DNA of 39,982 nt from Candidatus Iainarchaeum sp. (GTDB lineage: Archaea > Iainarchaeota > Iainarchaeia > Iainarchaeales > GCA-2688035): positions 1 to 39,982 of the forward strand of contig JAFCCO010000015.1 of assembly GCA_017610175.1 (NCBI GenBank), in the 5' to 3' direction. Made by a program: the position numbers and the translations under genes. The notes below the pieces were generated by a model that was not told the origin of the DNA, made no database searches, and worked only from the letters and a program-made list of their open reading frames with translations. Shown here one piece after another: positions 25,723-34,946 of the stretch; position 1 is the first letter of the stretch; every line of letters starts with the position of its first letter.

Positions 25723-26538
25723 ATGCCTGCAAAGAAACCAAAATTGCCTTCTCCAAAAAAACTTAGGGCAGGGCAGAAAAACCAAGGTGTAATTGCGCCA
25801 CTTAGGGGGAAGCGCACGGCAGAGAGGACTGCGCTTGCTGTTGCAATTCGCGGCACAAAACAGGGTCTGGTTTTCAAGGGGGGAGTAAGACAGCGCGACA
25901 AACTTTCAGCTTTCGGAGAGCACTATCTCTTTAGAAAAAAGGCCAAGGGAGAGGACCGGGCGGTTGACAACCCTTTCCGCTTTGTCGGGGGGGCGCATCG
26001 CGCAAGGAGCTTTTTCAAGGAAGGGGTTCTTGGGACAAGAATTGTTGACAAGGCCAGAACAACTTTGAGGCGCAAGGGAAAGCTCCGCATTCTTGATATT
26101 GGAAGTGCGGGTGGGCAATATTGGGCTCATTTTCTGAAAAAATTCAGTGCGGAGGAACGCGCCCGCATTGAAATTCACACACTTAACCCATCCAACCACT
26201 ACCGCCAGCTTCTCTCCGCGATAACTCCGCAGAGAAACCAGCATGTTGGGGTAATTGAAACAAAGTCGCCCCATAAGCTTGGCAAGTTTGATGTTGTTAC
26301 TGCATTTTATTCAATTGGTGAAAAGACCGGAACAACCGTTCATGATTCGTTCAGAAAAATTAAGGGTCTGCTTAGCCCCAACGGAACAAGCTATTCTTTC
26401 ATTGGCCACAAGGGGATGCGTGTTGAACCAACCCGCGCGGACCTGAACAAGGTGCTTGGAACGAGATTCAAGCTTGATTTGTTCAAGTGGGATAAGAAAA
26501 CCTTTAATCACCCGGTTGTTTTTACCAGGCAAAAGTGA
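25723..26538 (+). CDS. Basic protein with class I SAM-dependent methyltransferase-like domain
   Basis: ILDIGSAGG motif I, KFDVV, LLSPNG; K/R/P-rich N-terminus. Confidence 0.7.
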   Translation: MPAKKPKLPSPKKLRAGQKNQGVIAPLRGKRTAERTALAVAIRGTKQGLVFKGGVRQRDKLSAFGEHYLFRKKAKGEDRAVDNPFRFVGGAHRARSFFKEGVLGTRIVDKARTTLRRKGKLRILDIGSAGGQYWAHFLKKFSAEERARIEIHTLNPSNHYRQLLSAITPQRNQHVGVIETKSPHKLGKFDVVTAFYSIGEKTGTTVHDSFRKIKGLLSPNGTSYSFIGHKGMRVEPTRADLNKVLGTRFKLDLFKWDKKTFNHPVVFTRQK

Positions 26539-26568
26539 AAGCATGTCTGACTTTGAATCCTGCACTGC

Positions 26569-27381
26569 TTAAATTATCAGGAAAGAGAACAGTTCCGGGC
26601 TTAGCAGAATCAGCACGGTTCCTAAGAAGATGAACGGGCCGAATGGCGGCATATCCCTGTAAACTGGGACTTTTGAGATTCCTATTTTTTTGAGCTTTTC
26701 AATTTCCTTGTCTCCAATTATTCTCTTTATCCCCAGGCCGATTTTTCCCGCGATTTCCTTGTCTAGGAATTCAATCGCAACAACCTCATCCTCTTCAAGT
26801 TTCTTCAGTTCAACTTCTTTGAGGAAGAAGTTCTTTTTGATTCCCTTTTCAAATGCAAGGAATGCAAGCGCAAAAAGCGCTGCAACCGAGAACATTAGCA
26901 GGGCTGTCACTTCAATCATCCCAACAGAGTAAACAAAGTAAAAGTATGCCGCAATAACTGTTCCCAGTACACCAGACTTTAGAATCCCGTCCTTGTTTGC
27001 ATTCAGGTCAATTCCTTTTCTCCAGTATCTTGCAAGGTAGTATACTGAGTAGAACACCATTGAGAGCAGTGCTGCCGCAAGAAGCACGTGCATCACAAAC
27101 ACCCGCCCGTTCAGGTAGGGGAGAAGCATTGCAATTCCCGTAAACAGCTTTACATCCCCGCCCCCGATTTTTCCAAGCCAGTAAAGCACAAAGCCTATTG
27201 CAAAAACCAGTGCGGGGACAGCCAAAGCTGTCAGGTTAAATTCAACCAGGTTAATTATTAGCCCGGCGGCAATCATTGAGTAGGTTATTTTGTCGGGAAT
27301 CAGCCCTGTTTTTGCGTCGGTGTATGCCGCCAAACCTGTTCCAGCAAGCAGTATTGCTTCCTTCACAAGCAGCAGAACCAT
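26569..27381 (-). CDS. Prepilin/preflagellin peptidase (A24)
   Basis: AAYTDAKT..IPD, IGGGDVKL, C-terminal PFGPFI. Confidence 0.9.
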   Translation of the reverse strand: MVLLLVKEAILLAGTGLAAYTDAKTGLIPDKITYSMIAAGLIINLVEFNLTALAVPALVFAIGFVLYWLGKIGGGDVKLFTGIAMLLPYLNGRVFVMHVLLAAALLSMVFYSVYYLARYWRKGIDLNANKDGILKSGVLGTVIAAYFYFVYSVGMIEVTALLMFSVAALFALAFLAFEKGIKKNFFLKEVELKKLEEDEVVAIEFLDKEIAGKIGLGIKRIIGDKEIEKLKKIGISKVPVYRDMPPFGPFIFLGTVLILLSPELFSFLII

Positions 27382-27912
27382 TTATTCACCGTAGTATTCC
27401 TTGTTTACTATTGGGGCAAGGGCCATTATTACGCCCATTTCCTGCAGCAGGCTTCTTGGGACTTCTTTTTTTGTAAGCCGCCCTATTGCGCCGAGCTCAT
27501 CCTTTGCGTTTTCATCCCATTCTTCAAGGAATACGTCGCTTACCTCTTTGCCCTCGTTGATTATTTTGTCAACCACAACCTTTGGGTATTCAAAGGCAGG
27601 CGTTAACCCCAAATGAATTTGTTTTCCGTCAAATATTGCTATTGCCGCTGCATCAAGGTAGCCGGTTTTTGTCCCTTGAACCTTGAAGATTCCGGCCTCA
27701 ACCCCGACAGAGTAGTCGCACTTCTCTTTTTCCCAAGCTCTCTTTGCCCTGTTCTCTGCTCCCTTGATTGTTTCATCAAGCGACTGGGGCTGGTCACTCA
27801 CCCCTGATTTAACGGAGAAGCCCTTTATTTCAAATTCCTTAAAATATCTTGCAAAGGCTTTCTCAACAGCCTTAATTTTTGCCGGACTCTTTGATCCAAC
27901 GGCAACAATCAT
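27382..27912 (-). CDS. yjjX: Inosine/xanthosine triphosphatase (YjjX family)
   Basis: VAVGSKSPAKIKAV, SGVSDQP, GAENRA, GVEAG, GAIG.LT; ATG at 27912. Confidence 0.92.
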   Translation of the reverse strand: MIVAVGSKSPAKIKAVEKAFARYFKEFEIKGFSVKSGVSDQPQSLDETIKGAENRAKRAWEKEKCDYSVGVEAGIFKVQGTKTGYLDAAAIAIFDGKQIHLGLTPAFEYPKVVVDKIINEGKEVSDVFLEEWDENAKDELGAIGRLTKKEVPRSLLQEMGVIMALAPIVNKEYYGE

Positions 27913-28535
27913 TCCTTCCACTCCTTTTTTATTATGTGTTCCCCTTTCCTGTGCAGGTAATCCCTTACCCAGCCTGTTTCTTCTCGCAGCGCTGTCCTGA
28001 ATGTTCTCATGAATTCTGGGCCGCATGGTGCAAGAATTTTGTTTATTTCAGCGATTGCTTGTCTGCTGAATACAACTCTTGTTTCTCCCTTGAATGAAAT
28101 TCTTCCTGTTGCGTGAAGCCTTTCAAGCATTTTGCTTACCTTTTGCCTTTTTGCTTTTGCAGGCAGATCAATTGCGGCAAACGCCCTTCTTTCAGCCATT
28201 CCCCTGGCTATTGGTTCAAACTGTTTGGGTAGAACAACTTGCCCTGTTTTGTGGTGTGTTTTGAATATTTCTCTTAGCAGTGGTTTTGAAAGCCGCGTTA
28301 CAATTCTCCCACCTTTCCTTTCAATGGTTTCAATCTTTGGGCTTATTACCCTGTCAAGGAATGCAATGCGGTGGTGTTCAAGCGGGCCTATTTTTCCCCG
28401 GAATTCAATTCTTGTTACTCTTCCTCCCACTCTTACGGGATTTTTCCATTTCTTTGCTCTCGCTCCGTAAACAGGCCATTTATCCCTGCCTTCTTGTTTT
28501 TTGATTTTTCTTTTTGCGGCTTTTGGTTTAGCCAT
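27909..28535 (-). CDS. Hypothetical highly basic protein
   Basis: 208 aa R/K-rich ORF filling the gap between srp54 and yjjX, overlapping the yjjX start by 4 nt. Confidence 0.7.
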   Translation of the reverse strand: MAKPKAAKRKIKKQEGRDKWPVYGARAKKWKNPVRVGGRVTRIEFRGKIGPLEHHRIAFLDRVISPKIETIERKGGRIVTRLSKPLLREIFKTHHKTGQVVLPKQFEPIARGMAERRAFAAIDLPAKAKRQKVSKMLERLHATGRISFKGETRVVFSRQAIAEINKILAPCGPEFMRTFRTALREETGWVRDYLHRKGEHIIKKEWKE

Positions 28536-28548
28536 GTTTCAATACACC

Positions 28549-28971
28549 CTACTTTAGCCTGAACTTTTTCTTTTTCTTCTTTCCAAACATTTGCATTAGC
28601 TTGTTTGGGTCAAACCCTTTTTCGCTTTTAAGTTTTTTTTCGTCAAGTCCCTTGAACTTTTTGAACATCTTCTGCATTTGCTTGTATTGCTTGATTAATT
28701 CCCTTACGTCTGCTTCCTTTTTCCCGCTGCCCTTTGCAATCCTGAGAATCCTGTTTTTGTTCAAGAGATCGGGCTCCCTTTTTTCCTGGGGGGTCATGCT
28801 GTCCATTATGACCTTGAAGCCGTCGAGCTTTTCCCCGGTCATGTCAAGCACTTCTTTTGGGAGTTGCGCTTTCATTCCAAGCATTTCTGCAACCTTTGAG
28901 ATTGGCCCCATTTTTTTTGTTGCCTCAAGCTGTTTGTAGAACATTTCAAGGTTGAATCCCCCGTTCAGCAT
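28549..28971 (-). CDS. srp54: SRP54 M domain (C-terminal part of a split/frameshifted gene)
   Basis: FNLEMFYKQL...KKMGPISKV, IMDSMT..E..EP, RILRIAKGSG. Confidence 0.9.
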   Translation of the reverse strand: MLNGGFNLEMFYKQLEATKKMGPISKVAEMLGMKAQLPKEVLDMTGEKLDGFKVIMDSMTPQEKREPDLLNKNRILRIAKGSGKKEADVRELIKQYKQMQKMFKKFKGLDEKKLKSEKGFDPNKLMQMFGKKKKKKFRLK

Positions 28972-29866
28972 GTCCTCCGGAGAGAGTTTGCAAATCCCCG
29001 TAGCCCATTATCCTTGATAAGAACCTGTTTGCGTCAAACTCCTCCAAATCGTCAAGCTTTTCTCCTGTTCCAATAAATTTGACGTCTGCGTCTGTTTCGT
29101 TGCATGCAACAAGCGAGCCGCCTCCTTTTGCAGAGCCGTCCATTCTTGTAATTATCACTCCGTTTACCCCGACCGCGTCGTGGAATGCTATTGCCTGTTT
29201 CTTTGCAAGCTGCCCAACGTCTGCCCCAATCACAAGCCATTTGTCCTGCGGCTTAAACACCTTGTTGATTGCCTTTATTTCGCCGGCAAGCTCATCGTTG
29301 AGCGCGTCCCTTCCTGCGCTGTCAACAATTACCAAATCCGCTTTCTTAAGTTCCTTAATTCCATTTTCAACAATTTTGTGCGCGACCTTTTCTTTTGGGT
29401 CTCCGTAGAACGGAACCTTTAGTTTTGAGCTGAGCTGCTGCAGCTGTTCAAATGCGGCCGGCCTGTATGAGTCCGCACAAATCAGCCCGACGTTTAGTCC
29501 GCGCTTCATGTAGTATTTTGCAAGCTTTGCGGTCGTGGTTGTTTTTCCCATTCCATAAAGTCCGACAAGCAGGATTTTCTTCGGCTTTTCAGGCGCAGCC
29601 TTTGCGTCCCCTCCAAGCAGGCCCACAAGCTCATCGTATGAAACCTTGAGAACGTGCTCCCGCCTGGTTAATCCCTTCGGGATATTTTCCTTGAGCGCCT
29701 CTTCCTCTATTTTCTTGCTTATTTCCAGAACAAGTGAGATTTCAACGTCTGATGAAATAAGGGCCCTTTGAATGTCCTTTACCGCCTCTTTAATTGCTCC
29801 TTTGTCGAGGACTGTTGCCTTTCTTAGTCCCTCCATTGCGCCCCTTAATTTGTTTCCTAAACCCAT
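28946..29866 (-). CDS. srp54: SRP54 NG domain (N-terminal part; frame lost after MGYGDLQTL)
   Basis: IQRALISSDV, GLYGMGKTTT, DSYRPAA, DSAGR, TRMDGSAKGGG, GTGEK. Confidence 0.92.
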   Translation of the reverse strand: MGLGNKLRGAMEGLRKATVLDKGAIKEAVKDIQRALISSDVEISLVLEISKKIEEEALKENIPKGLTRREHVLKVSYDELVGLLGGDAKAAPEKPKKILLVGLYGMGKTTTTAKLAKYYMKRGLNVGLICADSYRPAAFEQLQQLSSKLKVPFYGDPKEKVAHKIVENGIKELKKADLVIVDSAGRDALNDELAGEIKAINKVFKPQDKWLVIGADVGQLAKKQAIAFHDAVGVNGVIITRMDGSAKGGGSLVACNETDADVKFIGTGEKLDDLEEFDANRFLSRIMGYGDLQTLSGGHAERGIQP

Positions 29867-29933
29867 CTATTCACCTTATAGTTAAATTCTGCGGGAAAAG
29901 CATTAAATATGGTTCTTGGCTTGCTGTTTTTAT

Positions 29934-31013
29934 ATGAACAGATATCTGTTGCTTAATTTTTTGCCGAATATTGCCATCGCCTCTTCTCTTCTGTTTATTC
30001 CAATAATTGCGCAGAATTTCGGGTTAAGCCTTTTTGAGCTTGGGCTAATCGGCTCGGCTTACAGCATCGGTTCGCTGATTTCCTATTATTTGTTTGGCTG
30101 GTGGAGTGACCGCACAGGAAACCGGGTTGGATTTGTTAAGATTGGATTGTTTGTTCTTGCAATCACAATTTACTCCCAGGTGCTGATGTCTGATTTCTTT
30201 TCAATGCTTGTGATTAGGTTCTTTGCCGGCTTTGCAATCGGAATTTTTACTTTTCCCCTTGTGGCTGCGGTAAGCGAGCTTGACGGGATGAAGAGAAAGC
30301 TTGCAGTCCTAACCTCTTTTGGTTCGCTTGGCTGGTTTGTGGGGCAGTTGGCCGGCGGGATTCTTCAGGACTTTTCGTTGATTTTTATTGCGGGGGCAAT
30401 TCTTTGCCTAATCTCGGGCTTTGTGGCTTTGACTTTCCCAAAAACCAGAAGCAGTAAGGTTTTTGTTTCAAAATTCCCTGTCTCCCTTATTAGGAAGAAT
30501 CTTCGGCTGTATCTTGCGGTTTTTCTGAGGCATGTCGGGGCGTGGACTGTTTGGATAATTTTTCCGCTTTATCTTCTCAGCATTGGGGCTGACATTTTTT
30601 GGATCGGGGCAATAAGTTCAATCAATCCGTTGGTGCAGTTTTTTGTAATGCGCTTTGTCGGCAAAATTACCGGCAGGGTTCGTGAAGCCACCATAATAAA
30701 GGTCGGGTTTTTGTTTGCCGCACTTACCTTTGTTGCGCTCTCGTTCACAACACATTTTTTGCAGGTAATTTTTGTTGAGCTTTTGCTTGGGGTTAGTTGG
30801 GCTTGCATTTACACAGGCTCGCTAATTCATCTTGCCTCAAACAACAATGAAAAGTCAACTGCAACTGCCTTGTTTGGAAGCACCACAAGGCTTTCCATGG
30901 TCATTGGGCCAATTATTGGCGGGTCAATCGCATTTTTGTTTGGATTCAGGGCAACAATGTATTTTGCGGTTGCCGCGTGCCTTGTTGCCCTGTTTATTTC
31001 GCGAAAATTGTAA
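29934..31013 (+). CDS. MFS transporter
   Basis: ~12 TM helices; GWWSDRTGNR motif A. Confidence 0.88.
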   Translation: MNRYLLLNFLPNIAIASSLLFIPIIAQNFGLSLFELGLIGSAYSIGSLISYYLFGWWSDRTGNRVGFVKIGLFVLAITIYSQVLMSDFFSMLVIRFFAGFAIGIFTFPLVAAVSELDGMKRKLAVLTSFGSLGWFVGQLAGGILQDFSLIFIAGAILCLISGFVALTFPKTRSSKVFVSKFPVSLIRKNLRLYLAVFLRHVGAWTVWIIFPLYLLSIGADIFWIGAISSINPLVQFFVMRFVGKITGRVREATIIKVGFLFAALTFVALSFTTHFLQVIFVELLLGVSWACIYTGSLIHLASNNNEKSTATALFGSTTRLSMVIGPIIGGSIAFLFGFRATMYFAVAACLVALFISRKL

Positions 31014-31064
31014 ACGCAAGGAATAAATACTAAATCGTATTAATTTATTGTAGGAGGCGATAAC

Positions 31065-31634
31065 TTGAGTTTAGAATTATATGTTGGACTTGGTCTGGTG
31101 GCAGTTATAGCAGTATTTCTTGTAATAACTTACAACGGTCTTATTACCGCAAGCAAGCGTGTGAACAATGCGTGGGCCCAGATTGACGTTCAGCTTAAGA
31201 GGCGTGCGGACTTAATTCCAAACCTTATTGAAACAGTTAAGGGTTATGCCCGCTTTGAAAAGAAGGTTCTTACAGAGGTTACAAAGGCAAGAACAGCAAT
31301 CATGGGCGCAAAGACCCCTGCCGAAGCGGCAAAGGGAGAGAACATGCTTACAGGTGCCCTGAAGACAATCTTTGCGGTTGCGGAAAACTATCCTACCCTT
31401 AAAGCCAACGAAAATTTCAAGGCTTTGCAGGAAGAGTTTGCAACAACTGAGAACAAGATTTCTTACGCAAGGCAGTTCTACAACGATTCGGTAATGCAGT
31501 TCAACACAGCAATCGCACTTTTTCCAAACAACGTTGTTGCAGGGATTTTTGGATTGGGTGCCCCAAGGCAGTACTTTGAGATCGAGGAATCGGCCAGAAA
31601 GGTTGTAAAGGCGGATTTTTCAGACATTGCATAA
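31065..31634 (+). CDS. lemA: LemA family protein
   Basis: TM helix then YNGL, AWAQIDVQLKRRADLIPNL.ETVKGY, AENYP.LKAN, TENKI..ARQFYN; SD AGGAGG with TTG start. Confidence 0.95.
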   Translation: MSLELYVGLGLVAVIAVFLVITYNGLITASKRVNNAWAQIDVQLKRRADLIPNLIETVKGYARFEKKVLTEVTKARTAIMGAKTPAEAAKGENMLTGALKTIFAVAENYPTLKANENFKALQEEFATTENKISYARQFYNDSVMQFNTAIALFPNNVVAGIFGLGAPRQYFEIEESARKVVKADFSDIA

Positions 31635-31645
31635 GGTGAGCTTTC

Positions 31646-32539
31646 TTGAGCTTTTATGAGGAAATTAAGGCAAACAACAGGACGACTTATTTCCTCTTCC
31701 TTGCTTTCTTTTTACTAATTATTATTTTAGGCATTGTAGCTTCATATCTTTTGGACAGTTACATTTTTGTCCTCCTCTTTGGGGTTTTTGCATTAATATA
31801 TATCGTTATTGCATACTACAAAAGCGACAGCATTATTACTGCTTTAAGCGGTGCAAAGCCCGCCGACCCGCAGAAGTTCAAGCAATTGCACAACATTGTT
31901 GAGGAGATGTGCATTGCTTCAGGCATGCCAAAGCCAAAGGTTTACGTAATTAATGATATTGCAATCAACGCGTTTGCAACCGGCCGTGACCCGCAACACA
32001 GTGTAATTTGTGTCACAACAGGCTGCCTGCAGAGGCTTAACCGCGCGGAACTCACGGGGGTTGTTGCGCATGAACTCTCCCACATTAAGAACAGCGACAT
32101 CAAGGTTATGACTATGGCTGCAATTCTTGTTGGCCTTGCGGTTTTGATGAGCGATTTCCTTTTGAGAATGTTTCTTTGGGGGAGTATGGGGCGGGGCAGT
32201 AACCGAAAGGGGGGCCAGATTGCGATAGCAGGAATAGTTATTGGGCTTGCTCTTGCGGTTCTTACTCCTGTAATTGCGCAGGTGATTAGGATGGCCATTA
32301 GCAGGAAGCGCGAATACCTTGCCGATGCAAGTGCTGCCCAAATAACCCGCTATCCTGCTGGGCTCGCGGGTGCGCTTTCAAAAATTAAGGGCGACAAGCA
32401 GCCGCTTAAAACAGCCAACAAGGCAACGGCCCACATGTACATTGCTAACCCCTTAAAGGGCCAGAAGATTTGGATGAAGAGTATGTTTGCAACCCACCCT
32501 CCTATTGATGAGCGGATTGCAAGGCTGCAGAAAATGTAA
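31646..32539 (+). CDS. htpX: M48 zinc metalloprotease HtpX
   Basis: NAFATG, AHELSH, SRKREYLAD, THPP. Confidence 0.95.
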   Translation: MSFYEEIKANNRTTYFLFLAFFLLIIILGIVASYLLDSYIFVLLFGVFALIYIVIAYYKSDSIITALSGAKPADPQKFKQLHNIVEEMCIASGMPKPKVYVINDIAINAFATGRDPQHSVICVTTGCLQRLNRAELTGVVAHELSHIKNSDIKVMTMAAILVGLAVLMSDFLLRMFLWGSMGRGSNRKGGQIAIAGIVIGLALAVLTPVIAQVIRMAISRKREYLADASAAQITRYPAGLAGALSKIKGDKQPLKTANKATAHMYIANPLKGQKIWMKSMFATHPPIDERIARLQKM

Positions 32540-32606
32540 CTTTTGGCTTCTGCTGTCGATGAAAACAAATAAATACCAGAGTGCAATATTTTATTTGGTG
32601 ATTTGA

Positions 32607-33083
32607 ATGGTTTTTGGATTTTTTGAGGGAAAGGTTGAGATGACCCTTGGCAAGACAAATTTTGCTTTTGGTGAAACGGTGAGCGGAAAGGTTTCATTAA
32701 AGCTTAAGAAGGCAAAGCAGGCAAGGCAGTTTAAGGTAACACTTCTTGGAGTGAGAGAGATTACAACTTATGGCCGCGATTCGAAGGGCAGGTCAACACG
32801 CAATAAGCGAAACGAAACAATCTATTCAACCGAGGCAATTCTTGACGGTGAAAAGCTTTACTCTCCTCCGGGTGGAGAGTATGAGTTTTCGCTTCAGCTT
32901 CCGCAAAAAACAGCTTTACCAACCCAGCAAAAGATTGAGGGCGCGGCCGGAACAGCGTTCACAGCATTTCAAATGCTTTCAGGAACCGGGATGTCTTCGC
33001 AGGACAAGTGGGTTGTTAGTGCGGTTCTTGATATTCCCAAGGGGATTGATATGAGCAAGAAGCTGCAGATTAGCGTGCAGTGA
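32607..33083 (+). CDS. Hypothetical protein, arrestin-N/SpoOM-like beta-sandwich
   Basis: F..GETVSGKV.L.LKK....R...V.L.G ... GEYEFSLQLP ... W.V.A.LDIP pattern. Confidence 0.6.
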   Translation: MVFGFFEGKVEMTLGKTNFAFGETVSGKVSLKLKKAKQARQFKVTLLGVREITTYGRDSKGRSTRNKRNETIYSTEAILDGEKLYSPPGGEYEFSLQLPQKTALPTQQKIEGAAGTAFTAFQMLSGTGMSSQDKWVVSAVLDIPKGIDMSKKLQISVQ

Positions 33084-33085
33084 AT

Positions 33086-34321
33086 TTATCCAATTATGCG
33101 GTCCAACACAAAGTCTGGCTCAAACTTTTGCAGGTCTGCATACTCCTGCCCTATTCCCACATAAATCACGGGCTTGTCAAGCTTGTAAATTAGGCTTATT
33201 ATTGTGCCGCCTTTTGCGTCGCAGTCAATTTTTGAGAGGACAAAGGCGTCAATGCCCGCAATGTTGTCATATTCCTGCGCCTGGTGCAAAAGTGCCTGCC
33301 CTGTGAATGCTTCTCCAACATAAATCTTCAAATCCGGCTGTGCAACCCTCACAATTTTCTGCAATTCCTGCATCAGGTTTTTGTCTGTTTCCTGGCGTCC
33401 TGCCGAGTCAATTATTACGACATCAATGTTTTTGCTTTTTGCGGCTTTGATTGCGTCAAATGCAACTGCTGCAGGGTCAGACCCATAATTGTGTTTCACA
33501 ACCCTTACCTCCAAGTTTGCCGCGTGCTTTTCAAGCTGTTCAATGCTTGCCGCCCTGAATGTATCGCTTGCGCTCCAAAGAACGCTTATTCCCTGTGCTT
33601 TGAGAAGGTGGGTTAGCTTTGCAAGTGTTGTTGTTTTTCCGGCGCCGTTTGGCCCGAGCATGAGTATTTTGAATGGCTTGTCTTTCTTTGCCTTGATTTT
33701 TTCAAGCAAATCAATTGGCTTTGTGCCCATCATGGATTTGAGCGAGTTCTTTATTGAATCTTTAAGTATTGCGTCTATGTCTTCGCCGCGCTTTATTTTC
33801 TTTCCAACAAGGTTTGTTTTGAGTTCCTTAACTATTTCTTCAGCAGTTGTTTGTTCAACGTCCGCTTCCAACAGCGAGAGTTCCAGTTCCCACAGCAATT
33901 CTGAAATTTCGCTTCCCTTGATTTCAATTTCGCGTGACAGGATGCTTTTGAGTTTGCTTACTTTTGAAACCTTTGCCTTTAGTTCGCGCTTTGGTTCCTC
34001 TTTTGCTTTTGGCGCTTTGGCAATTGGTTCAGTTTCAACTTCCTTAACCGCTTCAATCTCGTCCTCTGCCTCTTCGACAATCGGTTCCGGCTCGGGTTTG
34101 GTAATTTCAATTGGCTCTTCAATATGTTTTGGTTTTTCAACCGGCTTTAATTTTGTTTTCGGTTTTGGCTTTTTGGGTTCCCTTGGTTTTTTTTTTACCT
34201 CGGGTTTTTCTTCAATTGGTTCAGAAACAGGTTCGATGGCTTCTTTTGCGCCAACTTTTTCTTTTAGCTTTTCTTTGAAGCTGTTCAGTTTTTTTTTAAG
34301 GAGGTCGAACACTAGGCTCAC
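33086..34321 (-). CDS. ftsY: SRP receptor FtsY with charged N-terminal extension
   Basis: LLEADV, GPNGAGKTTT, DTFRAA, DSAGR, KIDCDAKGG, GIGQ.Y.DL; start may be GTG 34312. Confidence 0.96.
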   Translation of the reverse strand: MSLVFDLLKKKLNSFKEKLKEKVGAKEAIEPVSEPIEEKPEVKKKPREPKKPKPKTKLKPVEKPKHIEEPIEITKPEPEPIVEEAEDEIEAVKEVETEPIAKAPKAKEEPKRELKAKVSKVSKLKSILSREIEIKGSEISELLWELELSLLEADVEQTTAEEIVKELKTNLVGKKIKRGEDIDAILKDSIKNSLKSMMGTKPIDLLEKIKAKKDKPFKILMLGPNGAGKTTTLAKLTHLLKAQGISVLWSASDTFRAASIEQLEKHAANLEVRVVKHNYGSDPAAVAFDAIKAAKSKNIDVVIIDSAGRQETDKNLMQELQKIVRVAQPDLKIYVGEAFTGQALLHQAQEYDNIAGIDAFVLSKIDCDAKGGTIISLIYKLDKPVIYVGIGQEYADLQKFEPDFVLDRIIG

Positions 34322-34758
34322 TTTTTGTTTGCTTTTGCCTTCCTTTGCGTGCTTTGGATTACTGTTCCAAGGCTGTTGAGGTTTTGCACCGTTCTTGCCT
34401 CTTCGTTTTGGATTGCTGCAAGGTCTTTTTGGATTTCGTCTTTTCTTTTATCCAGTGCTTTGAGTGCGTCCTCTGTGCTTGCTTTTACAAGCACTCCCGC
34501 TCCCAATCCTGTTTTGACTTCGATGGTTGTTTCAAGTTTTGCTTCTGCATAGAGCCCTGCTCCGAGCGAGACCATTATTTTCTGGCTTTTTGCGGCATTT
34601 TTAATTGCTTTTAGGCTTTCTTCCGCACCAAGTGTTTCAACCAATAGCTGCTGGAGGTTTTTTCTCCTTGTTTCTGCAACCTGGAGTTTTGATTCCTCTT
34701 GCCTGTAAGCGTTTTGCACCTGCTGTCCGGTGAGCTTGACTTCTTTTCTTTCAGCCAT
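34318..34758 (-). CDS. pfdA: Prefoldin alpha subunit
   Basis: Coiled coil, IMVSLGAGLYAEA...TGLGAGV hairpins, coiled coil; conserved operon position. Confidence 0.9.
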   Translation of the reverse strand: MAERKEVKLTGQQVQNAYRQEESKLQVAETRRKNLQQLLVETLGAEESLKAIKNAAKSQKIMVSLGAGLYAEAKLETTIEVKTGLGAGVLVKASTEDALKALDKRKDEIQKDLAAIQNEEARTVQNLNSLGTVIQSTQRKAKANKK

Positions 34759-34946
34759 TACTCTTTCGCCTCGTTCACTTCTTCGATGGCTATTTGCCTT
34801 CGCTTTATTTTGTGTGTGCTTCCGATTCGGCTCATTATTTGGTCTATTGCATATTTTTCAGTTTCTGCTCTGGCCTGCATTGTAAATTTATGGTCTTTTC
34901 CTTTTTCTTTGTACTGGCCTTTTATTTCAAATACCGTCATATCCAT
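34758..34946 (-). CDS. rpl18a: 50S ribosomal protein eL20 (L18Ae/LX)
   Basis: FEIKG...F...RA..EKYA....S.IGSTHKIKRRQI.IEEV. Confidence 0.9.
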   Translation of the reverse strand: MDMTVFEIKGQYKEKGKDHKFTMQARAETEKYAIDQIMSRIGSTHKIKRRQIAIEEVNEAKE

